The translations under genes were made by a program, and so were the position numbers. 64,000 nt of DNA, taken from NCBI GenBank assembly GCA_963730745.1, contig CAVSTA010000025.1, positions 1 to 64,000 on the forward strand, in the 5' to 3' direction. Within the stretch, counting starts at the first letter, position 1, and the number at the start of each line of letters is the position of its first letter. Below, piece by piece: positions 28,968-40,009 of this stretch. This stretch comes from an uncultured Alphaproteobacteria bacterium (GTDB lineage Bacteria > Pseudomonadota > Alphaproteobacteria > ATCC43930 > CGMCC-115725). The notes beneath the pieces are model-generated. The model was not told where the DNA came from. It made no database searches and saw only the letters and a list, made by a program, of their open reading frames with translations.

Positions 28968-29340
28968 GGGATCCTGCTGTGGTCGGGCGCCGGATCGGCA
29001 CGCACGTAAACGAAATCAGAACCTGCCTGCGACATGCGCTCGATTGCGTCCAACAGATATAGGCTCGCTCCGGTCAACGATAACCCAGCGCTGAAGCGGC
29101 TTTTGCGGATCAAGATCTCCGAGACCTGCTGGTCGTCCCGAAAAAGTACGCCCTTGAGACCGTCGAGCAAAGATTTCGCTATGTTGTCGACATCAAGCGT
29201 GGTTTCGCCCTGATAGAAATAGATGATCAAGACCGCGACATCCTGGTCTGTCGGTTCGCCCTCCTGTTCCAAACGTTCCCGAGCCGCTCGCGACACCCGT
29301 TCGCGCCATCGGCGCCGCGAGCGTGCGATTTGCATTCGCG
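28964..29340 (-). CDS. rusA: RusA-like Holliday-junction resolvase
   Basis: ...[39 protein letters not shown] matches the RusA DxDNxxKxxxDaL...DD.qV catalytic signature. Confidence 0.55.
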
Positions 29341-29406
29341 CTGCGGGGCGCGCCGGCAACGATAAACTCCATCCCGGTTCATCGCGCCGACGTGCCGTCG
29401 AGCCGG

Positions 29407-30867
29407 CTAGCGGTCGATGCCGCCCATGCAGAGGTATTTGACTTCGAGGAATTCCTCGATGCCGTATTTCGAGCCTTCGCGGCCGATGCCGCTTTCCTTC
29501 ATGCCGCCGAACGGGGCGATCTCGGTCGAGATGATGCCTTCGTTGATGCCGACGATGCCGTATTCGAGCGCCTCGGCGACGCGCCAGATGCGGCCGATGT
29601 CGCGGCTGTAGAAATAGGCGGCGAGGCCGAATTCGGTGTCGTTGGCCATCTTGATCGCCTCGGCTTCGGTCTTGAAGCGGTAGAGCGGCGCGACCGGGCC
29701 GAAGGTCTCCTCCTTGGTGATGACCATGTCGGTCGTCACGTCGGTCAGCACCGTCGGCTCGAAGAAGCTGCCGCCCTGCGCGGCGCGCTTGCCGCCGAGC
29801 GACCACCTTGGCGCCCTTCTTGACGGCGTCGGCGATATGCGCCTCGACCTTCTCGACCGCCTTCATGTCGATCAGCGGGCCGATCACCGCGCCCGGCTCG
29901 AACCCGTCGGCGACCTTCATCGCGCCGGCGGTCTCGGCGAGGCGCTTGGTAAAGGCGTCGTAGACGCCGTCCTGCACCAGGATGCGGTTGGCGCAGACGC
30001 AGGTCTGGCCGGCATTGCGGTATTTCGAGGCGATCGCGCCCTTGACCGCCATCTCGATATCGGCGTCGTCGAAGACGATGAACGGCGCGTTGCCGCCCAA
30101 TTCCATCGACAGTCTTCTTGACCGTGCCGGCGCACTGCTCCATCAGCAATTTGCCGACCTCGGTCGAGCCGGTGAAGGTCAGCTTGCGCACGATCGGGTT
30201 CGAGGTCATCTCGCCGCCGATCTCCTTCGACGTCGCCGGTGACGCAGGAAAAGACGCCCTTCGGCACGCCGGCGCGCTCGGCCAATTCGCACAAGGCCAG
30301 CGCCGAATAGGGGGTCGCGGTCGCCGGCTTCACCACCATCGTGCAGCCGGCGGCCAGGGCCGGGCCGCATTTGCGGGTGATCATCGCCGCCGGGAAGTTC
30401 CACGGCGTGATCGCGGCGCAGACGCCGATCGGCTCCTTGGTCACGACGATGCGCTTGTCGGAGGCGTGCGCCGGGATCGTGTCGCCGTAGATGCGCTTGC
30501 CCTCCTCGCCGAACCATTCGATGAAGGCGGCGGCATAGGCGATCTCGCCCTTCGACTCGGCAAGCGGCTTGCCCTGCTCGGCGGTCATCAGCGCGGCGAG
30601 ATCCTCCTGGTTCGCCATCATCAGATCGAACCATTTGCGCAGGATCTGCGCGCGCTCCTTGGCGGTCTTGCCGCGCCAGCCCGGCAGGGCGCGGTCGGCC
30701 GCCTCGATCGCCTGGCGGGTCTCCTCGGCGCCCATCCGCGGCACCGTGCCCAAGGTCTCGCCGGTCGCCGGGTTGGTGACCGGGATCGTGCCGCGGTTCA
30801 ACGCGTCGACCCATTCGCCATTGACGTAGCATTGCTGGCGGAACAGCTTCGGATCCTTGAGCTCCAT
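29407..30867 (-). CDS. gabD: NAD(P)-dependent succinate-semialdehyde dehydrogenase, full length but with ~3 apparent frameshifts
   Basis: N-term [22 protein letters not shown]...[18 protein letters not shown]; mid ...[14 protein letters not shown]...[16 protein letters not shown]...; C-term ...[16 protein letters not shown]. Confidence 0.8.
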
Positions 30868-30966
30868 CGCGCACCTCCCTCGGCTCGGTGATTAAGGATA
30901 GGTACGGCCCGGCTTCGGCTTTCGCAAGGCGGGCTGCGATCGAGATGCAAAAACCAGTTCGCCGAT

Positions 30967-31230
30967 TTAGTAGGTCGAAGAGGTACGGCGCGTAATGTCG
31001 GCGACGAGCACCGTCCGGATCTCGGTCTTCACGGCGAAAATGATGCGCCACGATCCGACCCGGCGCCGAAATGCGCCCTGATGCCTGCCTCGGAGCGGCT
31101 TGGTGTCCCCGCTGTAGGGTTCACGCTTCATCTGAAGCAGCGCAGTCTCGATCCGCTCTCGATCGCGAGCCGGTATCCTTTCGAGGGCTCGCTCGGCTCG
31201 ACTACCTAACCTTACGTCCCAATCCATGAA
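30967..31230 (-). CDS. RelE/ParE-family toxin
   Basis: MDWDVRLGSRAERALERIPARDRERIETALLQMKREPYSGDTKPLRGRHQGAFRRRVGSWRIIFAVKTEIRTVLVADITRR. Confidence 0.65.
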   Translation of the reverse strand, partial: FMDWDVRLGSRAERALERIPARDRERIETALLQMKREPYSGDTKPLRGRHQGAFRRRVGSWRIIFAVKTEIRTVLVADITRRTSSTY

Positions 31231-31456
31231 GTATGTCGTCGAGGCTGCGGGTTTTTCCCTCCGCGAATTCCTGTTCCGCCTCGTCAAGCGCCTCGAGCTC
31301 GCCCGGCAGAGGTTCTACGGCCACAGGCGTCAGCACAATCCGACCGCCCTCGCTTGTCACTTCAAGCTCGTCGCCGTCATGCACATCGAGCTTTTCCCGG
31401 ACATCATCTGAGAGCGGAATGGTTAGTTTGCCGCGGCGCACCGTCGCCTTGGGCAT
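31202..31456 (-). CDS. AbrB/MazE/SpoVT-type antitoxin
   Basis: MPKATVRRGKLTIPLSDDVREKLDVHDGDELEVTSEGGRIVLTP; overlaps the toxin start. Confidence 0.6.
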   Translation of the reverse strand: MPKATVRRGKLTIPLSDDVREKLDVHDGDELEVTSEGGRIVLTPVAVEPLPGELEALDEAEQEFAEGKTRSLDDILHGLGRKVR

Positions 31457-31610
31457 GTGTACTCCTAGGACTTACGGCCTCCGAGCCTATTGATAGGTAC
31501 TGGCAGGCGGAGGGTTTGACAAGGCGCGCTCGGCTCGTGCGAGATGCACCCACAGGCTGATATAGTGGGCATTACGGAACGAGGCCGAATAAGCGTGACA
31601 GGACTGCTGC

Positions 31611-32656
31611 ATGACCGGTGACACAGCCGACCTCAAGGCATTGCTCGCGCATGTCGCGCAGGGGCGCAGCCTCAGCGAGGGCGAGGCGGAGGCGGCGTTC
31701 GACATCATCATGAGCGGCGACGCCACGCCGTCGCAGATGGGCGCCTTTCTGATGGCGCTGCGGGTGCGCGGCGAGACCGTCGACGAGATCACCGGCGCGG
31801 CGCGGATCATGCGCGCGAAGGCCGTGGCGATCGACGCGCCGCCCGGCACGATCGACACCTGCGGCACCGGCGGGGATGCCTCGGGCAGCTTCAATATCTC
31901 GACCGCGAGCGCGCTGGTGGTGGCCGGCTGCGGCGTGCCGGTCGCCAAGCACGGCAACCGCGCGCTCTCCTCGAAATCGGGCTCGGCGGATGTGCTGACC
32001 GCGCTCGGCGTCAATATCGACGCCGACCTCGCGATCGTGCGGCAGTGTCTGTGGGAGATCGGCATCGGCTTTCTGATGGCGCCGCGCCACCACAGCGCGA
32101 CGCGCCATGTCGCGCCGACCCGGGTCGAGCTCGGCACGCGGACGATCTTCAACCTGCTCGGGCCGTTGTCGAGCCCGGCGATGGCGCGCCGCCAGCTGGT
32201 CGGCGTGTTCGCGCCCGAATGGGTGCGGCCGATGGCCGAGGTGCTCGGGCGTCTCGGCGCCGAGCACGCCTGGGTCGTGCACGGCGACGGCCTCGACGAG
32301 CTGACCACCGCAGGCGTGACGACGGTCGCCGCGTTCGAGGACGGCGAGGTCCGAGATGTTCGAGGTCGTTCCCGAGGATTTCGGGCTGCCGAGAGCGCGG
32401 CTCGAAGACATTCGAGGCGGCGAGCCGCAGCACAATGCCGGTCTGATGCGGGACCTGCTCGCCGGCGTCGGCGGACCGTTGCGGGACGTCGTGCTGTTGA
32501 ACAGCGGCGCCGCCCTGCTCGTCGCCGGCCGGGCGACGACGGTCGAAGCGGGCATCGAGCTCGCGGCCAGAGCGATCGACTCGGGTGCGGCGCGGCGGGT
32601 GCTGGACGAGCTGGTCGCCCGCACCAATGAACCCTGCCATTGCGGAGGCGATTGCG
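31611..32656 (+). CDS. trpD: Anthranilate phosphoribosyltransferase (one apparent frameshift near 32350)
   Basis: [51 protein letters not shown]; C-terminal part in the adjacent frame. Confidence 0.8.
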
Positions 32657-32658
32657 CG

Positions 32659-33458
32659 ATGAGGGATGTGCTCGCCGAGATCTGCGCCGAGAAGCGCGCT
32701 CATATCGCACGCGCGAAGGCCGTGCGGTCCGAGGCCGCGCTGCTCGCCGGGATTTCCGAGGCGCCGCCGGTGCGGCCGTTTGCGGCGGCGCTCGAGCGCC
32801 ATCTCGCCGAAGGGCGCTATGGGCTGATCGCCGAAATCAAGAAGGCCTCGCCCAGCGCCGGGCTGATCCGGCAGGATTTCGATCCCGCGGACGCTCGCCA
32901 GCGCCTATGCGGCGGGCGGCGCCAGCTGCCTGTCGGTGCTGACCGATGTGCCCTATTTCCAGGGCAGCGACGACGATCTTACCGCGGCGCGCGAGGCGGT
33001 CCAGCCTGCCGGTGCTGCGCAAGGATTTCATCCTCGACCCCTATCAGGTCGTGGAAAGCCGGCGTATCGGGGCCGACTGCATCCTGCTGATCATGGCGGC
33101 GCTGTCCGATGCGGAGGCCGCAGAGCTGGCGGCGGCCGCCGCCGAGCTCGGTCTCGACGTGCTCGTCGAAATCCACGACGGCGCCGAGCTCGACCGCGCC
33201 CTGCGCCTTCCGGTGCGGCTGATCGGCATCAACAACCGCAACCTGAAGACGCTCGAAACCGATCTGCGCACCGCCGAGACCCTGGCGCCGGTGGTGCCGG
33301 CGGACCGCATCGTCGTCGCCGAGAGCGGGATCCGCGCGATCCGCGGATCTCGACCGCCTGGCCGCCGCCGGCGCGCGCTGCTTCCTGGTCGGCGAAACCT
33401 TGATGCGCGAGCCCGATGTGGCCGCGGCGACCCGCCGGCTGCTGGGCATTTCAACTGA
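32659..33458 (+). CDS. trpC: Indole-3-glycerol phosphate synthase (frameshifts near 32890 and 33340)
   Basis: [16 protein letters not shown]...[49 protein letters not shown]...[15 protein letters not shown]. Confidence 0.75.
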
Positions 33459-33936
33459 CCCCGGTTTCACCCATCTCGACGCCGAGGGCCGGGCGCGGAT
33501 GGTCGATGTCTCCGACAAGGAGGAGACCGACCGGGTGGCGATCGCCGGCGCCCGCGTCGTGATGCGCCCGGAGACGCTCGAACGCATCCGCTCCGGCGAT
33601 GTCGCCAAGGGCGATGTGCTCGCCGTCGCCCGACTCGCCGGCATCATGGCCGCGAAGCGCACCGCGGAATTGATCCCGCTGTGCCACCCGCTCGCGCTGA
33701 CTTCGGTCAAGGTCGATCTCGAATGCGTGCCCGAGCGCTCGGCGGTCGAGATCACCGCGACCTGCAGATTGCGCGGCCGCACCGGGGTCGAAATGGAAGC
33801 GCTGACTGCGGCGAGCGTCGCCGCGCTGACCGTCTACGACATGTGCAAGGCGGTCGACCGCGGGATGGTCGTGACCGATCTGCGCCTGTTGCGCAAATCG
33901 GGCGGCAAATCCGGGAATTGGGAGGCAGAACCGTGA
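33400..33936 (+). CDS. moaC: Cyclic pyranopterin monophosphate synthase MoaC (true start probably ~33460-33502)
   Basis: [25 protein letters not shown]...[17 protein letters not shown]...[10 protein letters not shown]. Confidence 0.75.
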   Translation: MMREPDVAAATRRLLGISTDPGFTHLDAEGRARMVDVSDKEETDRVAIAGARVVMRPETLERIRSGDVAKGDVLAVARLAGIMAAKRTAELIPLCHPLALTSVKVDLECVPERSAVEITATCRLRGRTGVEMEALTAASVAALTVYDMCKAVDRGMVVTDLRLLRKSGGKSGNWEAEP

Positions 33937-35147
33937 TCTCCGTCGAAGAAGCGCTGTCGCGTCTGCTCGCGCCGCTCGAAAAGCTGCCGCTCGAGCAGAT
34001 CTCGATCGCCGACGCCATCGGCCGCGTTCTGGCCGAGGATTTGGCCGCCCGCCGGACGCAGCCGCCCTTCGCGGTATCGGCGATGGACGGCTACGCGGTG
34101 CGCGCCGAGGATGTGGCCGCGGTCCCGGTCGAATTGCGGATCGTCGCCGAGGTGCCGGCCGGGGCCGGGTTCGGCGGGCATGTCGGCCCCGGCGAAGCCG
34201 CCCGCATCTTCACCGGCGCGCCGATGCCGGCGGGCACCGACACGATCGTCATCCAGGAGGACACCGAGCGCGACGGCGACCGGGTCCGGGTGCTCGAAGG
34301 CGCCGCGCGCGGCCGCTATGTGCGGCGCGAAGGGCTCGATTTCGGCGAAGGCGACGTGCTGCTGCGGGCCGGGAAGCGGCTCACGGCGCGCGACATCGGC
34401 CTCGCCGCGGCAATGAACCGGCCGTGGCTCTTCGTGCATCGCCGGCCGCGCGTCGGCATCCTGTCGACCGGCGACGAGATCGTCATGCCCGGCGACCCGA
34501 TCGGGCCGCACCAGATCGTCAGCTCGAACAGCCTGGCGCTCGCGGCTTTTGTCGCGGCCTGCGGCGGGATCCCGGTGTCGGTCGGCAACGCCCCCGACGA
34601 TCCGGCGGCGCTGCGCCAGGTCGCCGCCGCGACGCGCGGCGTCGACCTGCTGGTCACGACCGGCGGCGCTTCGGTCGGCGAGCACGATCTGGTGCGCGAC
34701 GTGCTCGGCGCCGACGGGCTGGAGCTCGATTTCTGGCAGATCGCGATGCGGCCCGGAAAGCCGCTGATGGTCGGCCGCTACCGCGGAACGCCGATGGTCG
34801 GGCTGCCGGGCAACCCGGTCTCGACCCTGGTCTGCGCGCTGCTGTTCCTGCGGCCCGCGCTCGACCGGCTGAGCGGCGCCGTGTCCGCGGAGGAAGCGGC
34901 GCCGACGGCGCGGCTCGGCACGGCATTGCCAAAGAACGACCGGCGGCAGGATTATCTGCGGTCGAGGCTCGCCCGGGCCGCGGACGGCACCCTCGAAGTG
35001 TTCCCGTTCGAGGTGCAGGACAGCTCGATGATGCGCCTGCTCTCGGCTGCCGACTGCCTGGTGGTCCGTCCGCCGCACGCCCCCGCAATCGCGGCCGGCG
35101 CCACCGTGCCGATCGTGCCGTTCCCCGGCGGCGCGCTGCCGATTTGA
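33933..35147 (+). CDS. moeA: Molybdopterin molybdotransferase MoeA
   Basis: GTG start overlapping the moaC stop. [37 protein letters not shown]. Confidence 0.8.
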   Translation: MISVEEALSRLLAPLEKLPLEQISIADAIGRVLAEDLAARRTQPPFAVSAMDGYAVRAEDVAAVPVELRIVAEVPAGAGFGGHVGPGEAARIFTGAPMPAGTDTIVIQEDTERDGDRVRVLEGAARGRYVRREGLDFGEGDVLLRAGKRLTARDIGLAAAMNRPWLFVHRRPRVGILSTGDEIVMPGDPIGPHQIVSSNSLALAAFVAACGGIPVSVGNAPDDPAALRQVAAATRGVDLLVTTGGASVGEHDLVRDVLGADGLELDFWQIAMRPGKPLMVGRYRGTPMVGLPGNPVSTLVCALLFLRPALDRLSGAVSAEEAAPTARLGTALPKNDRRQDYLRSRLARAADGTLEVFPFEVQDSSMMRLLSAADCLVVRPPHAPAIAAGATVPIVPFPGGALPI

Positions 35148-35166
35148 TCAGTAGGGAGGGACCGCA

Positions 35167-35941
35167 ATGAGCTCGTTCGAGGAATACGCCAACAAATACC
35201 AGACGGCGCGAATGGAGCGCCGCAACGGCATCCTGCAGGTCACGTTGCACACCGAGGGTCAGTCACTGCGCTGGGGTTTTCTGCCGCACGGCGAACTGCC
35301 GGAAGCCTTTCACGACATCGGCGCGGACCGCGAGAACAAGGTCGTGATCCTGACCGGCACGGGCGCGGAGTTCTCCGGGCCCGCGCGCGACTCCCGGAAC
35401 ATCGTCCTTTCCGTCCCGGCCGTCGATCGAGCGCATCGACCGCATCCATTGGGAAGGCCGCCATCTGCTGATGAACCTCCTCAATATCGAGGTGCCGGTG
35501 ATCAGTGCGATCAACGGCCCCGCCTGGCGCCATTCGGAGATCCCGCTGCTCTGCGACATCGTGCTCGCCGCCGATACCGCGCAGTTCCAGGATTCGGCGC
35601 ATTTCATGTCGGATGTCGTGCCGGGCGACGGCATGCACATCGTCTACCCGTTGCTGCTGGGCATGAATCGCGGGCGTTATTTTCTGATGACCGGCCAGAC
35701 ATTGGACGCCGCCGAAGCACTGCGGCTGGGCCTCGTCGCCGAAGTATTGCCGCCCGACAAGCTGATGGCGCGCGCCTGGGAACTGGCCGAGGATCTGACC
35801 CGCAAACCGACACTGCTATTGCGCTACACCCGGCTGCTCTTCACCGAATACCTCCGGCGGCAAATGCACGATCTGTTGGGCTACGGCCTCGCAATGGAGA
35901 GCCTGGCGTTGTTCGAAAAGCCCGAAGCGCCGCAGAGCTGA
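35167..35941 (+). CDS. Enoyl-CoA hydratase/isomerase (crotonase) family protein, one frameshift near 35400
   Basis: N-term ...[12 protein letters not shown]...[13 protein letters not shown]; C-term ...[12 protein letters not shown]...[23 protein letters not shown]. Confidence 0.6.
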
Positions 35942-35963
35942 ACCATCACTCTAGGGAGGAAAC

Positions 35964-37070
35964 ATGAACGGACGCGCTTTTCTGGCCGCCACGGCGGCCA
36001 CCGCGACTGACTGCTGCCGTAGAATGTCGGCCAATGGTGCGACCGAGGGTCCGTTTGGCCGAAACTGGGGATTCCGCTGAGAGCCTCCGAAGCGCTTGCC
36101 ACTGGGTCCGCTGCCCGACTCGCGCTACCCCGACACCCACATCGAAGCTCTCGACAAGCGGTTCAAGGGCAGCGTCCCGGCACCGGTGCCGTAGAACGGG
36201 TCGCCACCGGCTTCCGCTGGGCGGAGGGGCCGGCCTATTTCGCGTGCCGGCCAATACGTCATCTTCAGCGACATCCCCAACAACCGGATGATGCGCCTGC
36301 TTGGAGGACGACAATCATCTGAGCGTTTTCCGCTAGCCTTCGCTGAACTCGAACGGCAACACGCGACGATCCGCAGGGGCGGCTCGTGACTTGCGAGCAC
36401 ACGTGGCCGGCGCGTCACCCGCACCGAGCTCGACGGCACAATCACCGTCATCGCGGACAGCTACAACGGCAAGAAGCTCAATTCGCCGAACGATGTCGTA
36501 GTGGCGTCCAACGGCTCGATCTGGTTCACCGATCCGACCTACGGCATCAGGCGGCAAGTACGAGGGCCTCATGAGGACATCAGAGCAGGACAAGCACAAC
36601 GTCTTCCGCGTCGACGGCAAGACCGGCGAACATCAAGGTCGATCGTCGATGATTTCGTGCAGCCGAACGGCATTCTTTTCTCGCCCGACGAGAAGAAGCT
36701 ATACGTCATCGACAGCGGCATCACCGAGGGCGGCAATCCGTCGCATATCCGGGTATTCGACGTCGATATCGAGACCGGCAAGCTGACCAACGGCAAGGTC
36801 TTCGCCGAGGGATTCGCGCCCGGCCTCACCGACGGCATGCGCTGCGACGTCGAGGGCAATGTCTGGTGCAGCATGGGCTGGGCCGACCCGAAGGAGGACG
36901 GCGTGCGCTGCTACAGCCCGCAGGGCGATCTGCTCGGCAAGATCCACATGCCGGAGACTTGCGCTAATTGTGCATTCGGCGGGCCGCTGCAGCAATCGGC
37001 TCTACATCTGCGGCGGCACGTCGCTCTATGCCTGCTATGTCAATACGCAGGGCGCACTGAAGCCGTAATC
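35964..37070 (+). pseudogene. SMP-30/gluconolactonase/LRE-family pseudogene (paralog of the gene at 53826-55040), several frameshifts
   Basis: SNGNTRDPQGRLVTCEHT..., VIADSYNGKKLNSPNDVVVASNGSIWFTDPTYG, KKLYVIDSG..., NVWCSMGW...ETCANCAFGGP distributed over three frames. Confidence 0.6.
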
Positions 37071-37289
37071 GTGTCAGCGAGCCGCTTTGGCTTCGGGCGC
37101 TGCGGGGCGGGGGCTTCTCTGCGCAATCGGGGCGCGGTAGGGTCCCGCGACGCTCGGGAGGCACATGGCAATTGTCGACGCGCTGCGCGTCCGATGCTTT
37201 GTCCGACAAGCGCTCTTTCAGTGTCCGCGGCTCTTGGGCAATTGCCGAGGGCGCCGCGAGCACTATTGCGCAGCCAAGGCCAATATGTG

Positions 37290-37948
37290 TCGCATCACTC
37301 AGAGCGCCTTGCGAAAGGTCAGATTGATGCGGCGATTGCCGGTCAGCCGGATCTTCGCCTTCGTCAAGCGGCGCGACGCCGTGATAGACGAGGCGATCGG
37401 GACCGCCCCAAACGACAATATCGCCGCTCTCCAGCAGAATGCGCCGAGGCCGATCGCTGCGGCGATTGCCTCCGAACAGGAACATGGCCGGCAATCCGAG
37501 CGACACCGAAACGATCGGCGCGGTCAGATCGCGCTCGTTCTCGTCGCGGTGCAGCGACAGCCGGGTCCCTGGTTCGTAAAGATTGATCAGGCAGGCGTCG
37601 GGCTCGAAGCAAGGATACCCGGCAGCCGCCGCGGCGCTCGCGGCGAGACACCGAAAAGATTCCGGCATCGCGGGCCAGGGAGCTGCCGGTGATCGGGTCG
37701 ATGGGCTCGTAGCGATATCCTTTGCGGTCCGTCACCCAGCCGGCGCGGCCGCAATTGGTCATCCCGACCGACATGCGAAACCCGCCCGGCGTCACCATGT
37801 TGCGGAACGGCGCGACAGCAGTGATGCCGTCCACCGCCGCAACCAGCCCAGCGGCCATATCGCGGGCGAACCCGCGCAACACGACCGCTGCTTCGCTGAG
37901 CCGCTCGACAGCTCGCGCCGGCTCGAGGCTGCTCAGCAGGTCACCCAA
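37290..37948 (-). CDS. alkB: Alpha-ketoglutarate-dependent dioxygenase AlkB (DNA/RNA repair), one frameshift
   Basis: FRNMVTPGGFRMSVGMTNCGRAGWVTDRKGYRY, AGYPCFEPDACLINLYEPGTRLSLHRDENERDLTAPIVSVSLGLPAMFLFGG, DIVVWGGPDRLVYHGV. Confidence 0.65.
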
Positions 37949-37955
37949 TGCTCGA

Positions 37956-38737
37956 TTACCCGAGCGGGATTTCGCGCAATGCCGTCGTGTCCTGGCGCGC
38001 GCCGGCGAGCACGTAATTGACGTCGGTGCCGGCGATCACAAAGCGCGCGCCGAGCCGGATCAGCTCGCCCTGCAGTGCGACATTGTGGCGGATGCCGCCG
38101 ACTCCCAGCACCTTGCCGTGCGTGCGGCAGGCGTCGGCCACGCGTTCATAGGCCTCGCGCAGACGCGGGTGGTCGACCTGGCCCGGGATGCCGTAATCGG
38201 TCGTCAGGTCGCCCGAGCCGATCAGCAGCACGTCGATCCCGGGCAATGCGGCGATCGCGCGGCATTGTCGATGCCCTCGGCGGTTTCCAGCATGACGATC
38301 AGCGCGGTTTCCGCATTGAGCCGTTCGTTGATCTCGCCGAGCGGCATCGCGCGGTAGCCGAGCGCCGGCCCGAGCCCCATGACCGAGCGCTGGCCGAGCG
38401 GCGGGAAGCGGCAATTGCGCACCACCGCCTCGGCTTCGCTGCGGTTGTTGACGTGCGGGACGATGACGCCTTGCGCGCCGCCGTCGAGCACCCGGCTCGA
38501 CCAGTGCCCGTCATGGCTCGGCACCCGCACCAGCGGGGTGATGCCGATGCCGATCGCCGCGGCGCAGATCGTCGCGGCGGTGTCGATCGAATAGGGGCTG
38601 TGCTCCATGTCGACATAGAGCGCGTCATAGCCGCCGGCCTTGGCGACCATCGCGATGTCGACGGTACGCGCGAGCCGCAAATTCATGCACAGCACCAGCT
38701 CGCCGGCGGCGAGCTTCTGCTTCATCGAATTGGTCAT
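37956..38737 (-). CDS. HpcH/HpaI aldolase family (2-keto-3-deoxy-acid aldolase), one frameshift
   Basis: GGYDALYVDMEHSP...PLVRVP...GAQGVIVPHVNNRSEAEAVV...; C-term GIDVLLIGSGDL. Confidence 0.65.
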
Positions 38738-38744
38738 CCCTCAC

Positions 38745-38880
38745 CCGCCTCGCTACGCTCGGCACCCTCTCCCGCGGTGCGGGAGAGGGGATTAAATGCA
38801 CTGCTCTTCTAGGCCCCTCGCCCGCACTGCGGGAGAGGGGGGACCCAGCCCGCAGGGCTGGGTGGGTGAGGGTCGCTCAG
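38745..38880. repeat. Two REP-like palindromes (ccctctcccgcggtgcgggagaggg; ccctcgcccgcactgcgggagagggggg) plus a third hairpin
   Basis: Same family as 15715-15765; intergenic between two minus-strand genes. Confidence 0.55.
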
Positions 38881-39926
38881 CCGCAGGCGACCGCGTAAAC
38901 GTCGCGGACACCCTCGGGCAGCCGGCTCTCGTTCCAGCTGCGCCCGCCGTCCTGCGTTCCGAACACTTGGCCGAAGCGGGAGACGCCATAGACCTGGTTG
39001 GGGTCGCGCGGATGCACCGCGACGCCCATCATCGTCGCCTCGGCCTTTACGCCATGGTCGAAGCGCTTCCAGGTCTGGCCGACATCGTCGCTGCGGTAGA
39101 TCGAGCCGTCGGTGCTGCGCGCCGCCGGGCTGAGGCAAGCGTACATGACCTTGGGGTCGTGCGGCGACACGCGGATGTCGCGGCCATAGGTCAAGGGCGA
39201 GAAGCGGTTGATCTCCATGTCCTGCCAATGCTCGCCGCGGTCGTTGCTGCGGAAGAGGCCCATCCGGTTGGCGAGAAACACCGTGCCCGGCGCCGCGGCG
39301 CTGCAGGTCAGCGCGTGGCCGTCGAGCATGCCCTCGATCTCGGTCTGGCTGCCGATGCGGCTGCTATATTTCGGCTCTTCGCAGAAGCGGATCAGATCGG
39401 CGGTGCAGTCCTCCCAGCTCTCGCCGCCGTTGCGGCTGCGCATCGCGCCGTTGGCTTCCAATGTCGCATACACGTCATCGGGCGAATTGGGATCGACATC
39501 GAGCCGCATGACCCGGCACGCGAAACCCATGATCACGCGGTCGGGGAGGCCGGGGTCCGCCATCTTGCGCCACGTGTCGCCGCCGTCGTCGCTGCGATAG
39601 ACACCCGGGGGCGTCGCACCGGCATAAACGACCCGCGGGTTCTTCGGGTGGATGCAGACCGACCAGATGTCGGCATCCTCGGGAAGGCGGAGCCGCTCCC
39701 AGGTGTTGCCCCGATTGGTGCTGCGATAGGCCCCCTTCGTGCTGCCCACGTAGACGACATCGGGGTTTTCCGGATGCACCGTGATCGCGTGGACATCGGC
39801 CTCTTCAGGCAAACCGTTGGTCAGATGTTCCCAGCGGTTGTCGCCCGCAGCCTGACGGAAAATACCGCCGGCCGTTGCGCCCATCGACCGGGCCGTACCG
39901 GCATACACATGAGTGCTCGCCATCAT
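38877..39926 (-). CDS. BNR/Asp-box repeat (Ycf48/sialidase-like beta-propeller) protein
   Basis: Repeated S.DGG.TW / SxDxGxxW motifs (YRSDDGGDTW, RSNDRGEHW, YRSDDVGQTW, GTQDGGRSW). Confidence 0.55.
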   Translation of the reverse strand: MMASTHVYAGTARSMGATAGGIFRQAAGDNRWEHLTNGLPEEADVHAITVHPENPDVVYVGSTKGAYRSTNRGNTWERLRLPEDADIWSVCIHPKNPRVVYAGATPPGVYRSDDGGDTWRKMADPGLPDRVIMGFACRVMRLDVDPNSPDDVYATLEANGAMRSRNGGESWEDCTADLIRFCEEPKYSSRIGSQTEIEGMLDGHALTCSAAAPGTVFLANRMGLFRSNDRGEHWQDMEINRFSPLTYGRDIRVSPHDPKVMYACLSPAARSTDGSIYRSDDVGQTWKRFDHGVKAEATMMGVAVHPRDPNQVYGVSRFGQVFGTQDGGRSWNESRLPEGVRDVYAVACG

Positions 39927-40009
39927 TCTCCTCCCTCGCCTGGATTGCCGCGGCGATCATACCCCTCTATTAGAGCTTGTCACAAAGCTTTAGCTGGTTG
40001 GAGAGAGCG

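Noticed and set aside
23296-30870. CRISPR array or integron attC array as explanation of the repeated units
   Set aside because: Repeats are 100-600 bp protein-coding gabD segments of variable length, not short uniform direct repeats with spacers and not attC-like imperfect palindromes; no cas or intI genes present.
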